Source: Dipteris shenzhenensis (Eukaryota). From it: a stretch of DNA of 64,000 bases. A program made the translations under genes and the position numbers. The notes beneath the pieces are model-generated. The model was not told the origin of the DNA and ran no database searches. It saw only the letters and a program-made list of their open reading frames with translations. The stretch is taken from NCBI GenBank assembly GCA_047967505.1, contig CM106538.1; one strand, 5' to 3'. Shown one piece after another: positions 62,301-64,000 of this stretch (positions within the stretch are counted from its first letter, which is position 1; each line of letters opens with the position of its first letter).

Positions 62301-63330
62301 TGTAGGATCTTGTAGGATAGAATAGATGCATCTTGCAAGAGGTGTGAGAGCACAATCATGAAAGCAATATGGTAGATCTCTATTATGATTGTGTGAGAGA
62401 GGACTCTCTCTTATAAAAAGGGGGAGAAGGTAATACCTTCCCTACATAGTGCCAATCAGCCCCTACATCAGTGGGAGTCAATCCCTACATCAGTGGGATG
62501 GCCTTTGTCTTACATCATCACTTAGGTCACACACTAGACACATCATAGCACTTGATGTGCATTTACAACACACACAAACACACATGTGACTCCCCTAGAT
62601 GCACACATGCACCATAGAGCAAGCCCTTGATCATACTTACCCCAACAAACTCCCTCTCAAGGGGTTGCCTCTTGTAGTGTCAAGGATACATCTAGTCTCA
62701 GTTTCTCATGCCATCTCATGGTGGTCAAGGATTAATCTATAGCTAGGATCTCATGCTACCAAGGGTTCCCAAGGGTGTGAGGTTCACAGAAATGGGATAG
62801 TCAAAACACATATCACATGGCCTACATCATATGGTGACCAGAGGTGATTTACATAACACATTATTTTTGGAGTACTACTCCAGGTAGAGAACCTCAAAAT
62901 TTGACCAAGTGATGATAAACAAAAAAAGACAAAGTGCCTAAAATTCATTTTCTTCATTTGCTGATGGAGTTCTTTTTTTAGCCAGATTTGCTTTGTTGTT
63001 GAAGTAGTCCTTCTTCATAAGAAATTCTTGATTCTCTTTGTTGTTCTTCATGGAATAACACATTCCCTTTTCCAATTGTAGGCAAAGGAACAAGATATAT
63101 TTGAAGCACTTCCCTTCATCAATGTGGTTAAAGTATGAGCCACTTAATCCCAAAGCTATGATAGCAAGAGCCTTCTTGTCTTTGATCAACCAATTAGCTT
63201 TTTCTTTTGTAGACTTCTTTCCATTCACAACATTCCATATCTTCTTTTTCATAAGCATAAACTCAGCTTTTGTTTGCCAAGTATGAAAACTAGTTCCATT
63301 AAACTTATCAAAAAAGGTCTTAGCTTCCAT
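62301..63330 (-). mobile_element. Non-autonomous copia derivative: 3' LTR (62301-62647), PPT and short gag remnant (62938-63330)
   Basis: On the minus strand PPT TTGAGAGGGAG precedes TGTTGGG at 62647 and the LTR ends CCTACA at 62301. Gag-like FDKFNGTSFHTWQTKAEFMLMKKKIWNVVNG. No pol between gag and LTR. Confidence 0.7.
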
Positions 63331-63476
63331 GGCAAGGTCTTACCCGAGGTTAGTGTCTAGTGCCTTACAAGTGAAAATATGAGCAATAAAAAATATTCCT
63401 TCAAAGTACAAGCATTTAGTGTAGCAAAGGCTTGCAACCAAATTCCATACTACAAAACATAATGGAAATGATGCTT

Positions 63477-64000
63477 TCACTTGCATGCTTCATAAAGGTG
63501 GCTAAATGAAAGTATTCCAAGCTTGTCCAAATGGCTATCAAATCTCATGACCGAATCTCCTTCTGCAATATCTTTCTTCTGCCGTAATTTAGTGTCAAAA
63601 CGGGCCTTGCGCCTTTTTTGAGAAGCTTCCAAGTTTTGTAAGGCCTGTAATCTGCATTCATCCAAGGCTTCTAGCTATACCAAGCATTGAGCATAGGCAT
63701 CCTCCTGTCCTTCTATTCTTGCAACAGTAGTGCGAACACTATGTATCTCTAATTCAATGGGCAAAATGGCTTCTATTCCATACACCAGTTCAATCGTATA
63801 AACCCAATAGCTAGCTAGCATATGGTTCTATAAGCCTATAAAACTTCTACCAAGTGCCTATCCCAATGCCTTTTCCAAAGGACACCCAAAGCGTGAACAA
63901 ATTTGATCAAAGAGAAATTTTGCAACTATGCTTGCCTTGCTATTGACTGTGGCCTTAGCCTTTGCCCACCGAGTCACATAATCTGTGGCTACCACTAAAT
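63477..64000 (-). pseudogene. Ty3/gypsy integrase fragment (runs off window end)
   Basis: VVATDYVTRWAKAKA...VAKFLFDQICSRFGCP, WDRHL..., ELVYGIEAILPIEL, LDECRLQALQNLEASQKRRKARFD. Confidence 0.8.

Overview
This is eukaryotic land-plant genomic DNA (spliceosomal introns, an FLZ gene, tRNA-iMet-primed copia elements); a fern or other seed-free lineage is plausible but that is inference only. The window is mostly nested transposon debris around one intact host gene, a two-exon FCS-like zinc-finger (FLZ) gene at 50121-51058. Mobile elements: (1) a very young full-length Ty1/copia (9441-15361, CTATC TSD, LTRs differ at 1 of 181 nt, one nonsense codon); (2) an older full-length copia (31422-36948, GAAAC TSD) inside an intron of a CACTA transposase; (3) several truncated or degenerate copia elements and a gypsy integrase fragment; (4) a decayed CACTA element with two divergent genes; (5) a hAT element with an 8-bp TSD (52502-55129); (6) two copies of a Sola-like/DUF7869-type DDE transposase pseudogene. 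Non-coding structure includes a ~5.5 kb satellite of ~182-bp monomers with higher-order patterning, a GC-rich array of ~32-bp palindromes upstream of a coiled-coil + RING-H2 pseudogene missed by the ORF track, and several hairpins. There are no rRNA, tRNA or CRISPR features. The best candidates for something undescribed are the Sola-like element with a divergent unknown gene and paired foldbacks, and the palindrome-array/RING-H2 module; neither can be confirmed as novel without database searches.
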